DNA of 64,000 nucleotides, taken from NCBI GenBank assembly GCA_018238545.1, contig JABCTC010000012.1, positions 1-64,000 on the forward strand, written 5' to 3'. Of this stretch, positions 10,011 through 23,905 are shown in pieces. Source of the DNA: Candidatus Heimdallarchaeota archaeon. Lineage in GTDB: Archaea > Asgardarchaeota > Heimdallarchaeia > Heimdallarchaeales > Heimdallarchaeaceae. Both the position numbers and the translations under genes were made by a program. The notes under the pieces are model-generated. The model did no database searches and had not been told where the DNA came from. It worked only from the letters and a program-made list of their open reading frames with translations. Numbering within the stretch: position 1 is the first letter of the stretch; every line of letters starts with the position of its first letter.

Positions 10011-10892
10011 ATGAAATATTCAAAATTCTACCTTGTTTCCCTCATTTTCATATCTAGTTTGTTTGTTGGAGTGTTTGTTCCTACGAGCATTGCTAGAGCA
10101 GAAACAGGAATTGACTCTAACCAAGAGGTAATTTCTCTTACTTCTTTAGACCTAACATTTAATCCTGAAGCCCCTTCTTATGGTAAAGCTGAGCATTGGG
10201 CTGTTATCGTTGGTATTAGCGATTATAAGGCTATAAACGACCTTAATTTTTGTGATGAAGATGCCAATGATTGGTATAACTATTTTGTTGGGCTAGGGTA
10301 CGAACATATTATTGTTCTAGGTGATCATTCAAACGAATTCTGTCAATTTGATTACATTGCTTCTGAATATAACATAAAACAAGCACTAAATTATGTTGTA
10401 GCAAATGCTGATGAAGACGATGTGATATCTTACGTTACATCAGGTCATGGATCAAGAGCTAAAGTTGGAGAAAGTCTTATCTGTGCTTGGGATTATGGAG
10501 ATGGCGAAAACGGTGAAGACGGAAGATTTTGGGATTATGAGTTAGCAGATATACTAGAATTAGCAGTAGCTAAGCAAATATTTGTTTTCATTGACCATTG
10601 CTTTTCAGGTGGTTTTGGACCTGAGTTAATGGCCATGTCAAATTCTGAATATGTTTGGTTTGGCGCAGCTTGCGCTGAACAAGGAATGGGCTGGGATGCA
10701 CCAGAATTCAAAAATGGTCTGTGGACTTACTATTTCTTAGAATTTACTCTAGTTGATCATTTCAATTCAAATTCTAAGACAACAATGGAAGAAGCATTCG
10801 TTTATGCTTTAGCATATTTTTCATATGAATTCGGAGTAATGGTACCACAAGAATATGATGGGAATCTAAATAAATTGTTTCTATTAATTTAA
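10011..10892 (+). CDS. Secreted caspase-family (C14-like) cysteine peptidase
   Basis: Signal peptide, WAVIVGISDY, SGHG (His) and IDHCFSGG (Cys) dyad motifs, NGLWTYY. Confidence 0.85.
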   Translation: MKYSKFYLVSLIFISSLFVGVFVPTSIARAETGIDSNQEVISLTSLDLTFNPEAPSYGKAEHWAVIVGISDYKAINDLNFCDEDANDWYNYFVGLGYEHIIVLGDHSNEFCQFDYIASEYNIKQALNYVVANADEDDVISYVTSGHGSRAKVGESLICAWDYGDGENGEDGRFWDYELADILELAVAKQIFVFIDHCFSGGFGPELMAMSNSEYVWFGAACAEQGMGWDAPEFKNGLWTYYFLEFTLVDHFNSNSKTTMEEAFVYALAYFSYEFGVMVPQEYDGNLNKLFLLI

Positions 10893-11021
10893 CTCCTTTC
10901 TTTTTTTTCTTATGATTAATAATAGCTCTATTACAGATCTAGATAAGAAATTGATAGTGAATGCGACTCAGAATCCTATCGAACCCGTACTAAAATATCT
11001 AATATAGAGTTGAAATCTATG

Positions 11022-12413
11022 TTACCCTCTTGCTTCTTCTAGAAACTTATCAGATGGGATCTCTTCTGGATAATCCGATCCCATTAATCCCTTCTTTCCA
11101 GAATAGATAAGACCTATGATAATCGTAATTGTGAGTATTCCTGAACTTCCTAGCAGCACATACATTGGCAAAACATATTCTGCGATAAGAGCAACTATTC
11201 CCATTCCTATTAGTTGTGCGAAATTTTGCAATAATTGTTGAGTTCCAAATACTCTTCCTTGTAATTCATAGGGTACTGATTCTTGAATTAGAGTTGTAGA
11301 AGGTACATTTATACAAACCGACATAACTCCATAACTAAACATTATAATTGCCATTACATAGAGATCTCTTACTACTGCGAAAATGTACATAGATACCGTT
11401 ACCGCACTAAAAGTGATATTTAGTAGTAGTATCTTGCGTTTTATTCTCCCTATTCTCATAAGAATTACAGCTGTAATAATTCCTGATGTTCCCATTAATG
11501 CTTGCAATATACCATACCACGTCGGACCTAACCCCATTTCACCTTGAAGAATTACAATGAAGAGAACACTAATAGCTCCAAATGAAAAGGTAATGAATGA
11601 GAAAACCACGAACATGTAAGATATTTTGGGGTGTTGGCGAATTGTTCTGTATCCAACTGCAATATCCTCCCCAAAGCGTTGCAATTCCCGCTTAATGTTC
11701 TTACTTGTCTCTCTTACAACCTCAGGAGGTTTTGTACCTATGAAAATAATGACTCCTATCAAAACACCAGATATAGCGAAAGTTGATGAATTAACTATGA
11801 AGCTAAGCAAATAACTTTTGGCAGCTAATAATCCCGCAAGAACAAATCCAATAATTGTTGCTACTTGAAAAACAGAAGATCCTACTGAATTAGCCACTAG
11901 TAGATTCTTTTTCTTAACGATTAAACGGGTGTAAGCATTTCTGGAAGGGAAGAAGAATGCAGCAGATGAGGAATTTATGAAACAAAGAACGAATAAGGGC
12001 CAAAGAACATGAAGATAATTTGGTATGGGTTGTCCTGCTACATTAACATAATTTAGAATAGGTTGCCCTACCGTATATTGTGTTTGTGTTAACTGCTCTT
12101 TGAAGAGAAAAACAATCACATAACCTATTGAAGCAATAGCACTTACAATGTTGGAGTAAAGCATTAGTTTTCGCTGGTCAAATCTATCGGCTAGCGCTCC
12201 AGCTATTGGTGCCAATATAACAAAAGGTAGTAGCCATACTATTGAAAGAACGCCCATCAACAATGGACTCGCAGTAAGTTCAAAGATAAGAAATTCTATT
12301 GCTAAACCCGAAATTGATCTGCCTATGTTTTCAGTAAATTGTGCTGCGAATAGAATCATAAAAGTTGCATTTGTAAGTACTTCTTTAATTGATGGTTTGG
12401 CATCTTGAGTCAA
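11022..12413 (-). CDS. MFS transporter (MefA/DHA3-like efflux family)
   Basis: GALADRFDQRKLM motif A, QESVPYELQGRVFG, about 12 TM. Confidence 0.88.
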   Translation of the reverse strand: MTQDAKPSIKEVLTNATFMILFAAQFTENIGRSISGLAIEFLIFELTASPLLMGVLSIVWLLPFVILAPIAGALADRFDQRKLMLYSNIVSAIASIGYVIVFLFKEQLTQTQYTVGQPILNYVNVAGQPIPNYLHVLWPLFVLCFINSSSAAFFFPSRNAYTRLIVKKKNLLVANSVGSSVFQVATIIGFVLAGLLAAKSYLLSFIVNSSTFAISGVLIGVIIFIGTKPPEVVRETSKNIKRELQRFGEDIAVGYRTIRQHPKISYMFVVFSFITFSFGAISVLFIVILQGEMGLGPTWYGILQALMGTSGIITAVILMRIGRIKRKILLLNITFSAVTVSMYIFAVVRDLYVMAIIMFSYGVMSVCINVPSTTLIQESVPYELQGRVFGTQQLLQNFAQLIGMGIVALIAEYVLPMYVLLGSSGILTITIIIGLIYSGKKGLMGSDYPEEIPSDKFLEEARG

Positions 12414-12676
12414 TTTATCACCGGTCTACTAAGATATCACAGCAGTAGAATCTTTTTTTTACAAAGTTCAATTCCAGTTGTTGTTGAGGAATATATAATA
12501 CTATCTTAAACCACAAGGTGAAAGTATGTGCAACAATCATATTCTAGTTTTACTCTCTTGTATGAAGTTTAAACAATTTTGTTTAATAGTTGAACTTATT
12601 TGGTATTAGGTTGGGTCTTGCTCTATCTCTTGGAAGATTAAAGCTATCAGAAAGCTTGAAACTCCCAGACTCGATT

Positions 12677-13408
12677 CTATCCTAAGTTATTAAGTTCTGG
12701 TCCTGGAAATAAATGTAGTAATTCACCAATTGAGAATAATGTTACATCTGGTTCTAATTCTCTGATTTTGTCTTGTGTGTATTTGGCATTTACTCCTAAA
12801 ATTGCTATGGTTTTGGTACCTGCTGCCTTCCCTGCTCTGATATCTGGAGGAAAATCTCCTATCATCGCACAGGTTCCTGGTTGTTTATTAAGTGCTTTAC
12901 ATGCAAGAAGAATGGGTTCTGGGGAGGGCTTAATTTTTTTAACAGAGTTTCGTGTAACAATGAAATCAAATTTATTAAGAATATCTAAAGCCTCTTTAGC
13001 TCTACCAACTGTTTTTTCTCCAGCGTTAGTAACTAAAGCCATCTTGTATCCACGTGATTGAAGAGTTTCTAATACTTCTGCAACACCTTCAAGGGGAACA
13101 AGTTCTTTGAACGCAAGAGGATCTTTTCTAACCATCTTCATAAGTCTATAAACATCTAACAAGGAAGCTTTTGAATCCTTAATTGTTTTAAGAAATATTT
13201 TTAATTTCATGATTTTAGCACTTCTCATCCCTGCTTCCATTACTCTTACTAAGACTTTTTCAAAAACTTCTTGCTTTTGTTGTTTATCATGATCAGGTTT
13301 TAATTTATCATATGCTCTGAAGAAAGGTTCCCACCATCTTTTCCCAAGATCTGTGAGGGTACCATCCAAATCAAAAAGAAGAGTGTCAACAACCTGAAAA
13401 GATTTCAT
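12677..13408 (-). CDS. HAD-superfamily phosphatase (Gph/PpaX-like)
   Basis: FDLDGTL, VTN, KPSP, MIGD...D motifs. Confidence 0.9.
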   Translation of the reverse strand: MKSFQVVDTLLFDLDGTLTDLGKRWWEPFFRAYDKLKPDHDKQQKQEVFEKVLVRVMEAGMRSAKIMKLKIFLKTIKDSKASLLDVYRLMKMVRKDPLAFKELVPLEGVAEVLETLQSRGYKMALVTNAGEKTVGRAKEALDILNKFDFIVTRNSVKKIKPSPEPILLACKALNKQPGTCAMIGDFPPDIRAGKAAGTKTIAILGVNAKYTQDKIRELEPDVTLFSIGELLHLFPGPELNNLG

Positions 13409-13543
13409 TAATAGTAGAATTTCTTGGTTTTATAAAAGAGTTTATTCTCTGCTAATGAAATTTCAAGCACTTTATGAGACACTTGAAAATGAAAATCATT
13501 GGATAGCTTACAATATATGTTAATTATTTACTGAAACCTAATA

Positions 13544-15616
13544 TCAATTTATTACAGTTATCTTTTCTTGTAGATGAAAGTTTCTTGAAGAATTACCTAT
13601 ATGTAAGATAAAATCTCCTTTTTCTAATTTCCAATCACTACTTGAAACATCGTAGAAAGCTAAATCCTTACCTTTAATTTCAATGGGAACGATTTGTGTT
13701 TCATTTGGTTCTAAAAACACTTTCTCAAACCCAACCAATTCTCTTTTTGGTCTATCAACTGAACTTTTCACATCTTCAGAATAAACCTGAATGACTTCGC
13801 CCCCAGCTCTATTTCCAACATTAGTTATTTTCACATTAATTTCTAATGTTCCCTGTATCATCTTTATTTTATTATTAGTAGTTTTAACTTCCTCAAATTT
13901 GAACTCAGTATATGAAAGACCAAACCCAAATGGAAATAGAGGTTTGATATTTTCTTTGTCAAAATGTCTATATCCAACATATAACCCTTCTTCATGATAT
14001 ACCTTCAAATCTACTCCTGGGAATGTTTTTTCCGATTTATGTGCTGAATTATCTTCAATTTTATTTGGGAAAGTCATAGGAAGTTTTCCTGAAGGATTAA
14101 CATCACCAAACAAAACATTTGCAATTGCTCTTCCACCTTCCATTCCAGGATACCAAACCTCTAGAACAGCAGGTACATTTTGTATCCATCCGTTCATTGC
14201 AATGGGGCTTCCGTTTATTAGAACAACGATGGTTTTTTGGTTAATTTTCACTGTTTCATTGATTAGTTTAATTTGTGATTCAGACAGTCCTAATTCCTTT
14301 CTATCCATTTTTTCTGACTCATTACCAAATTCAATTCCTTCATTTGTAGTTTCATCACTCATCATTTTCTTTGGTGAAGCATGATTTAACCCCATAACAA
14401 GAAGAACAAAATCTGCGTCAGAGGGATCATCTGAGATTTGAATTTTACCTTTACATTTTTTTTTAAGTCCTTGTAAAGCCGTAATTTCATATGGCGGGGT
14501 TACAGCTGCAGCGCCACCGTATAGAAATTTGCCAAATTTCTTGTTTGCATTAGGTCCTAAAATTGCTAATTTCTTGATTTTATCAATATCTAGTGGTAGA
14601 ATATTGTTTTGATTTTTCAGAAGAACTATACCTTCCTCTGACATTTTTCGTGCTAAATTTTGGTGTTTTTTTGTATTTCTCTCTCCTTTAGGTAATGATT
14701 TCTTCTTTTCAAACATACCTACTCTAACATAAACACGTAATATCCTTCTTATCAAATCATCAATATCTTTTTCTGTGAACTTATTACTCTTGTATGCTTC
14801 CCCTAGACGTTTTTTCTCATAGATGTGTCCTTTAGGCATTTCAAGAGATAATCCTGCTTTAATTGCTATTTCAGGTGGGTCTTGTGATGGTTCTTTATTT
14901 TTGCTATCTCCTTCAGCTGTTGCCCACCAGTCAGTCATCACAAAACCTGAGAAACCCCATTTTTCCATTAGGATCTCTTTTAACAATTTTGAGCTTTCAT
15001 GAACATATTCTGAATTGACAAGATTATATGAAGACATTATTGTCCAGGGGTCTGCTTCCTCGACTGTCTCTTTAAATGCTCGAAGGTAAATTTCGTGAAG
15101 AGTTCGTTCGTCAATCTCTGCACTAACTGTATATCTGTTTGTTTCTTGGTTATTTGCTACATAATGTTTAGGGCATGCGGCTACTCTCTGACTTTGTACT
15201 CCTTTAACAAAAGGTATGGACATTTCTTTAGTTAGGTATGGGTCTTCACTGTAGTACTCATATGTGCGCCCACAAAAAGGAGTTCTATTAATATTTATAC
15301 CCGGACCTAGGACACATAATCTTCCTATTGCTCTTGCTTCTTTCCCAATAGCCTTTCCGCATTCGTAAGCTAATTCTCTATTCCATGCAGCTGCAAGATT
15401 CATACCTGCAGGAAAATAGGTATTCCTTCTAAGAAAACTTGAATGCTGTGAAATTCCAAGAGGGCCATCTGTTGTCTTAAAAGTTTTTATACCCAATCTA
15501 GGAACAGTATGTGTTTGAAAAAAGAAATAACCAGTTAATAATTCGAATTTTTCTTTTAATTTCAATTTACTAATTAGAGATTCTACTATTTTCTCTTCTG
15601 AGCTGTTGAATTTCAC
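13544..15616 (-). CDS. Glycoside hydrolase family 3 beta-glucosidase
   Basis: TDGPLG, GPGININR, YSEDP, KHYVANNQE, VMTDW nucleophile motif, YVGYRHFD, FPFGFGLSYT, C-terminal Fn3-like domain. Confidence 0.95.
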   Translation of the reverse strand: MKFNSSEEKIVESLISKLKLKEKFELLTGYFFFQTHTVPRLGIKTFKTTDGPLGISQHSSFLRRNTYFPAGMNLAAAWNRELAYECGKAIGKEARAIGRLCVLGPGININRTPFCGRTYEYYSEDPYLTKEMSIPFVKGVQSQRVAACPKHYVANNQETNRYTVSAEIDERTLHEIYLRAFKETVEEADPWTIMSSYNLVNSEYVHESSKLLKEILMEKWGFSGFVMTDWWATAEGDSKNKEPSQDPPEIAIKAGLSLEMPKGHIYEKKRLGEAYKSNKFTEKDIDDLIRRILRVYVRVGMFEKKKSLPKGERNTKKHQNLARKMSEEGIVLLKNQNNILPLDIDKIKKLAILGPNANKKFGKFLYGGAAAVTPPYEITALQGLKKKCKGKIQISDDPSDADFVLLVMGLNHASPKKMMSDETTNEGIEFGNESEKMDRKELGLSESQIKLINETVKINQKTIVVLINGSPIAMNGWIQNVPAVLEVWYPGMEGGRAIANVLFGDVNPSGKLPMTFPNKIEDNSAHKSEKTFPGVDLKVYHEEGLYVGYRHFDKENIKPLFPFGFGLSYTEFKFEEVKTTNNKIKMIQGTLEINVKITNVGNRAGGEVIQVYSEDVKSSVDRPKRELVGFEKVFLEPNETQIVPIEIKGKDLAFYDVSSSDWKLEKGDFILHIGNSSRNFHLQEKITVIN

Positions 15617-15677
15617 AGAATTTTGTAATTTCTTTGAATAATAAATCTTATGCCGACGATTGCTTTGATTAATGATA

Positions 15678-15887
15678 TCAATTTAAGAGAGATTGATATT
15701 TTTCCTTAGCTTCTTCAAACTTGTTTTTAATCTTAAACTCACTAGAAAATTCCCAGTGAGTGCTTTCTTTACAGATGTTACAAGAGTGCCAACTTCGAAC
15801 CTTGTAGTGATTAGAAAATATACTATCTATGGTATCCTTGTTAATTTGATAACAATTCTCACATATTTTTGCTGTAAATTTAAACAT
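15678..15887 (-). CDS. Small CxxC...CxxC Zn-binding protein
   Basis: CENC and CNIC pairs in a 69-aa ORF co-oriented with its neighbours. Confidence 0.5.
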   Translation of the reverse strand: MFKFTAKICENCYQINKDTIDSIFSNHYKVRSWHSCNICKESTHWEFSSEFKIKNKFEEAKEKYQSLLN

Positions 15888-15953
15888 GAATGCAATATTT
15901 CCAAGTATGCTGATAAATGTTTTTAAAAAGAGAATGAAGAGAGTAAGAATGTC

Positions 15954-16583
15954 TTACTCTAATTCTAAAAGATAGTCTATTACTCTAAACACCATGGCAA
16001 GAGGAACAAAAGCTGCTAAGACATAAATAACAATTGATACAATGTTAACTACTAAAACATTTGTGACATACATACCAATTACAAAGTAAATCGCTCCTAG
16101 GATAACCAACAATATTGCATATGTGAATAGTATTGCCCATGCTCCAAGAAAGCCTTTGAAGAAACTTACTGGTTTAGCAATTCTATCATTGCGAGATGCA
16201 ACGAATAAGAATGCTGCAGCTGTACTAACTATTGCTAAGATAGCTGCAACAGCTATTATATAGTGTCCCCATTCAAGTGTTGTTGAAAGAATACTTGCAG
16301 GATTACTTAACATACCTGTGATTAGGTTCAATAGATCTGTATATCCTGTGGTAAATGCTGTTGACGTATAAGCCCAATAATAACCACCGAACGCAATTCC
16401 TAATGGTATGAGATTATAGATTATAAGCATAACAACCAAGATTATAGCTTGTTTAAATGAGTCAAAAATATCTTCAAAGAAGTTGTCTTCACCTTTTGGT
16501 TTTTTTATTTTTTCTACTTTAGTTGTCAAATAATCACCGAATTCAACAAAAGATTCCTCTACTATAATAAGCTTATTGTGCAT
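15954..16583 (-). CDS. Hypothetical membrane protein (about 4 TM)
   Basis: 209 aa with four long hydrophobic segments. Confidence 0.7.
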   Translation of the reverse strand: MHNKLIIVEESFVEFGDYLTTKVEKIKKPKGEDNFFEDIFDSFKQAIILVVMLIIYNLIPLGIAFGGYYWAYTSTAFTTGYTDLLNLITGMLSNPASILSTTLEWGHYIIAVAAILAIVSTAAAFLFVASRNDRIAKPVSFFKGFLGAWAILFTYAILLVILGAIYFVIGMYVTNVLVVNIVSIVIYVLAAFVPLAMVFRVIDYLLELE

Positions 16584-16629
16584 TTTTTGGCGTTTATGAG
16601 ATATACAGAAAAAAGCTAATTTCTTCTTT

Positions 16630-17427
16630 TTACTCTTTTCTTTTTTCTTTAATTACTGCATGAAAACGGTCAATTGTCATATTAAACCATCTCTCATTTA
16701 CATCATGAGGATATTTGGGTAATCTTGGAGATTTCTTTATCTCTTGAACACTTAATTTCTGTGACGTCAATTCCTCGATGATTTTAACTAAGTTCATCAA
16801 TAGTTCCTTTTGATTTTTTAATTCAGTAACGGAACTAATGTGACCATGACCCGGAATTACAATGTTCGGTTTTAAGTCAATCATTTTTTGCAAGGCATCA
16901 ATCCATTCATAAGGATTTACAGTTGGATCCCCAGCAAAAGGAAACATATCTGCAAACAATAAATCCCCAGTCAAAATTGCTCTTTCTTCCGCTAAATACA
17001 CAAAAGCGCTACCTTTTGTATGACCATTTGTTTCGATTAATTTTATAGTTTTGTTTCCTTCTTTAAGTTCATACTCTCCAGAAAATGTTTTGTTAGGTAA
17101 GATGATATTTTTATCTTTGTAATCACCTTCCATCTTTTGAGCAAGAAGATTTCTTGTTGCTTGAGTAGAAATAATTTCACAGTCTTCGAAAACACTAGTT
17201 CCAAAAGTGTGATCACCATGATAGTGGGTTATGATAACATAGCGGAATTTTTTTCCTGTAGTCTTTTCAGCAAATTTCCTGAACTCTATTGTTTTTTCAA
17301 TATCCATCCCTGTGTCTATCATCAATAGATATGAGTCAAAGTCGATGAAGGATAAGTGAGAGGATGTGTCGCTTTGGGCATAATCCCAGATAGATTGGGT
17401 TAACATTAGAGGATTCATTTTGGTCAT
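16630..17427 (-). CDS. Metallo-beta-lactamase-fold hydrolase (cyclase-like)
   Basis: IDTG, THYHGDH, GHT, TGDLLF, IPGHG. Confidence 0.92.
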   Translation of the reverse strand: MTKMNPLMLTQSIWDYAQSDTSSHLSFIDFDSYLLMIDTGMDIEKTIEFRKFAEKTTGKKFRYVIITHYHGDHTFGTSVFEDCEIISTQATRNLLAQKMEGDYKDKNIILPNKTFSGEYELKEGNKTIKLIETNGHTKGSAFVYLAEERAILTGDLLFADMFPFAGDPTVNPYEWIDALQKMIDLKPNIVIPGHGHISSVTELKNQKELLMNLVKIIEELTSQKLSVQEIKKSPRLPKYPHDVNERWFNMTIDRFHAVIKEKRKE

Positions 17428-17532
17428 ATTTCAACAAATATGTACTCATTAATAAGAAATTTGTCTTCGTTCAAAATAATTTATCATATTTGTTTCAGAG
17501 TTAAGATAAAACAAAAAAGATTTGAATAATGA

Positions 17533-20667
<3,135 letters not shown>

Positions 20668-20746
20668 ATTCTTTTTCCTTTTCAAATTTTGTTCTTTCCT
20701 ACCCATTAAATATGAACTAGGCTGTGTTTACAAGGAGAATTTATTC

Positions 20747-21279
20747 ATGCGTATCAAAGAAGGACAGAAAGCAAAAGATTTCACTGTTGAAGACATCTAT
20801 GGTAATAAGATATCTTTGAAGGATTATAAAGAAAAAAAACTTCTGCTATCATTCTTTAGATATGCATCTTGCCCTTTGTGTAATTTACGAGTTAACCAAC
20901 TAGCGAAATTTTTTCCTACACCAGATTCAAAGGGGTTACAGATTCTAGCTTTTTTTGAGTCACCAAAAAAGAGTATATTGAAGTATGTTGGTACGCAAGA
21001 TACTCCTTTTTCTATCATTGCCCAGAGAGAATAGTGTACAAATTATATGGCGTTGAAAAATCATTGTTAGGTTATATTTTGGGAGGTATTTCCCTAAAAA
21101 TGCTAAAGGCTTTGTTGATGGGATACAAAATAGAAGGTGCTGAGGGACAGAAGACACTACTTCCTGCAGATTTTCTTATAGATAATTTAACTGTAAAACG
21201 TGCATACTATAGTAAAAAAATTTCAGACCACCTACCCATAGGGGAATTGATAGACTTAATCTCGAGTAATGAACGATGA
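20747..21279 (+). pseudogene. Frameshifted AhpC/TSA-family redoxin
   Basis: FFRYASCPLC in the first frame; the expected IIADPE..YKLYG junction is split near 21020 (PFSIIA / PERIVYKLYG in different frames); PADFLID in the second frame. Confidence 0.8.
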
Positions 21280-21371
21280 TTAGATCCGGCAATAATTTTC
21301 ATAAAATGTGAATCTTTTTATTCTATTACACTGAGAATGACAAAATTACCGTTAAGTGCGGATGTGACAAA

Positions 21372-23000
21372 ATGACAACAAACGCAATTTCAACCTTAAA
21401 TGTTGAAGAAAGCCCATTTGAAGGGATTGAAAAAGTTCAAGGAACGGAAGAAATCCTTTCAAGTAATTCTGATTATATTGTTGATGAATCAAAGATAGCT
21501 GGAGGATCTGCTGAATGGCTGTTCTTTCCTAAGAAAGAATCTGAAGTTGTTACTATCATTAACAAAATGAGTCAAGAGAAGATTCCCATAACTCTCTCAG
21601 GAGGAAGAACCGGGATTGTAGGTTCAGCAGTGCCTTTCGGAGGAGCTGTTATCTCTACTGATAAAATGACAGATGTTCTTGGATTAGGTTATGATGAGAG
21701 TGTTGGCAAGTATTTTGTAAGAATCCAACCCGGAATAACCCTGAAAGACTTAGAAGATTTTATCCGTTATAAGGAATTCACAGATGACCATAATCTGAAT
21801 CTTGATGATAATATTGTACAGAAATTCAAACAAGATTCTGATAACTATCTGTTCCCAGTTGACCCAACAGAAATGACCGCATCTGTAGGCGGTTCAATCG
21901 CAGCTAACGCATCGGGTGCAAGATCATTCAAGTATGGTGCTATGCGACCTTGGGTTAGACATCTAAGAGTTGTTCTAGCCTCTGGAGAGGTTATCGATTT
22001 AACTCGTGGAGAATGTAAAGCTGAGAATGGTGTTTTTGTTTTCAAGAAATCAGGACGCGATGTAGAAGTAAAAATACCAACTTATGAGATGCCAAAAGCA
22101 AAAAATGCTGCTGGCTTCTTTGCAGCTCCTGATATGGATCTAGTAGATTTATTCATAGGTAATGAAGGTATTATAGGAATGATTACTGAAGTTGATTTGT
22201 GGATAATAAAGAAACCAATGGGTTTACCCAATGTTATGTTTTTCACAGCTGAAGATGATTCTTTACTTTTTGTTGAGAAACTTCGTGACGATCCAGATCT
22301 GAATGTTGAATATATGGAATTTTTTGATGAGAACTCCTTTGAATTGTTGAAAAGCAAACAAAAGACAAGCCCTGCTCTGGCAAATCTCGCAACTATTCCT
22401 TCTGATGCAAAAACAGCTATTTTCTTTGAGATACCATATAGTGAAGACACTCTAGAAGATATAATTGTTAAATTAGATGAAATTGCTATGGATTGTAACT
22501 CTTCAATTGATTCCTGTTGGTCAGCATTTGATGAAGTAGAGAAGGAGAGTTTCAAAGCAATGCGTCATGCAGTACCAGAAACAGTAAATGCCATCATTGC
22601 AAAACGTAAGAATGAATATCCTGGAATACACAAGCTTGGTACAGATATGTCGGTAGCGCATCAGCACTTCAGAGAAATGATGAAGCTTTATCATGACAAA
22701 ATGCTCGAACATGGTTTAGAGTATGTTATGTGGGGTCATATAGGTGATTCACATGTTCATCTTAATATCCTGCCACGCAACATGGATGAATTATCTTTAG
22801 GTAAAAAGCTTTACAAAATTTTCGCTGAAAAAGCGGTTGAATTTGGAGGTTCTGTTTCCGCAGAACATGGTATTGGAAAAATAAAAATTGAGTATCTTCT
22901 TATCATGTATGGAGAAGAAGGTGTAAATCAGATGCGAGCTGTTAAGCAGGCATTAGATCCACAAGCTATATTCAATAGGGGTAACATGTTTACCCTCTAA
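21372..23000 (+). CDS. FAD-linked oxidoreductase (GlcD/D-lactate dehydrogenase family)
   Basis: GGRTG, VDPTE, GGSIAANASG, GNEG, GHIGDSHVH, SAEHGIGK, DPQAIFNRG. Confidence 0.9.
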   Translation: MTTNAISTLNVEESPFEGIEKVQGTEEILSSNSDYIVDESKIAGGSAEWLFFPKKESEVVTIINKMSQEKIPITLSGGRTGIVGSAVPFGGAVISTDKMTDVLGLGYDESVGKYFVRIQPGITLKDLEDFIRYKEFTDDHNLNLDDNIVQKFKQDSDNYLFPVDPTEMTASVGGSIAANASGARSFKYGAMRPWVRHLRVVLASGEVIDLTRGECKAENGVFVFKKSGRDVEVKIPTYEMPKAKNAAGFFAAPDMDLVDLFIGNEGIIGMITEVDLWIIKKPMGLPNVMFFTAEDDSLLFVEKLRDDPDLNVEYMEFFDENSFELLKSKQKTSPALANLATIPSDAKTAIFFEIPYSEDTLEDIIVKLDEIAMDCNSSIDSCWSAFDEVEKESFKAMRHAVPETVNAIIAKRKNEYPGIHKLGTDMSVAHQHFREMMKLYHDKMLEHGLEYVMWGHIGDSHVHLNILPRNMDELSLGKKLYKIFAEKAVEFGGSVSAEHGIGKIKIEYLLIMYGEEGVNQMRAVKQALDPQAIFNRGNMFTL

Positions 23001-23138
23001 TCTTCTTTTCCATAAAGAAACTGATACTCTTGTTTTTTTATCCATCTAACTCTTACTTTGAAGAAAAATGGGATTGTTCCTATTTCAAAGCTAATAACTA
23101 TTTTCATTATTCGCGCCCCACTTTGGAAAGATAATTCA

Positions 23139-23811
23139 TCACGTTTCTTTGAGAGCCAATTCGATTTGCGATAAAGTTCGAGTAGCTGCAACCATGAATT
23201 TTCCAGTATCAATCTTGTCATCTGGAATGTTATGATTGTATTTGTAATAAGATAAAATTTGTTTAAGTCTCTGGGAATTAAAAGATCCTTCTGTATCCAA
23301 CCAAATTATGCCTGATTCTAGCCCTCCGTATTCTTCTGGAAGTAAACAGTTGGCTGTGATACTATAACAAAGCTGAGTTTTACCTGACTGAGGGGCTCCA
23401 TAAAGCTCAACGAAGGTTCCAGTTGGAATACCTCCTTGGAGAAGGTCATCCAAAGCTTTAGCACCAGTTTTAATCTTTGACCTTACAGTCTCTAATTCTT
23501 CTCTCTCCTCTAATGAGAGGAAGATTTTCCCTTCTTGTTTTGTTTTAAATTGATCAAGTAAGAGAGATGCTGTTGCATCTGTAATACCAGGTAGTTCCTC
23601 AAGCTGTTTTTTGGTTAAGGATTTGATACCTCGAGGATCAACAATACCTTCAGTTATTGAGGACTTTATGAACTTTCTTTTTCATAGAATCAGAGAGGCC
23701 AGTAATACCTGACAAGAAGTCTTGAAGAGCATCTTTCTCTTCTTTAACAGTCTTTTTCTTACTAGAAGCAGTAGGTTTACTGTCTTCTATATTCTCTTGT
23801 GTATTAGCCAT
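23139..23811 (-). pseudogene. radA: Frameshifted and truncated RadA-family recombinase
   Basis: ATG at 23811; one-base frameshift near 23660; LEELPGI HhH motif, KTGAKALDDLLQGGI, Walker A GAPQSGKTQ, WLDTEGSF; stops before Walker B. Confidence 0.8.
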
Positions 23812-23826
23812 GTCAACTTATTATCG

Positions 23827-23853
23827 GCAATTTGATATATAAAGTGAAGAAAA
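23827..23853. repeat. 27-bp direct repeat copy 1, containing a minus-strand TATA box (TTTATATA) upstream of radA
   Basis: GCAATTTGATATATAAAGTGAAGAAAA is identical to 25163-25189; TATA-like box lies 25-32 nt upstream of the radA ATG. Confidence 0.85.
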
Positions 23854-23905
23854 CTTAGCTGAAAATCTAGAAAAAGCATATAAATCCTTAATAGTAGTTT
23901 AACTG

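Noticed and set aside
10955-10992. Minus-strand CGGGTTCGAT resembling a tRNA T-loop
   Set aside because: No complementary T-stem or cloverleaf around it.
21032-21034. TAG in the redoxin as pyrrolysine readthrough
   Set aside because: The downstream half is in a different frame, so this is an indel.
22997-23221. 74-aa ORF as a frameshifted continuation of RadA
   Set aside because: No Walker B or other RadA motif in any frame past 23139; the gene is truncated.
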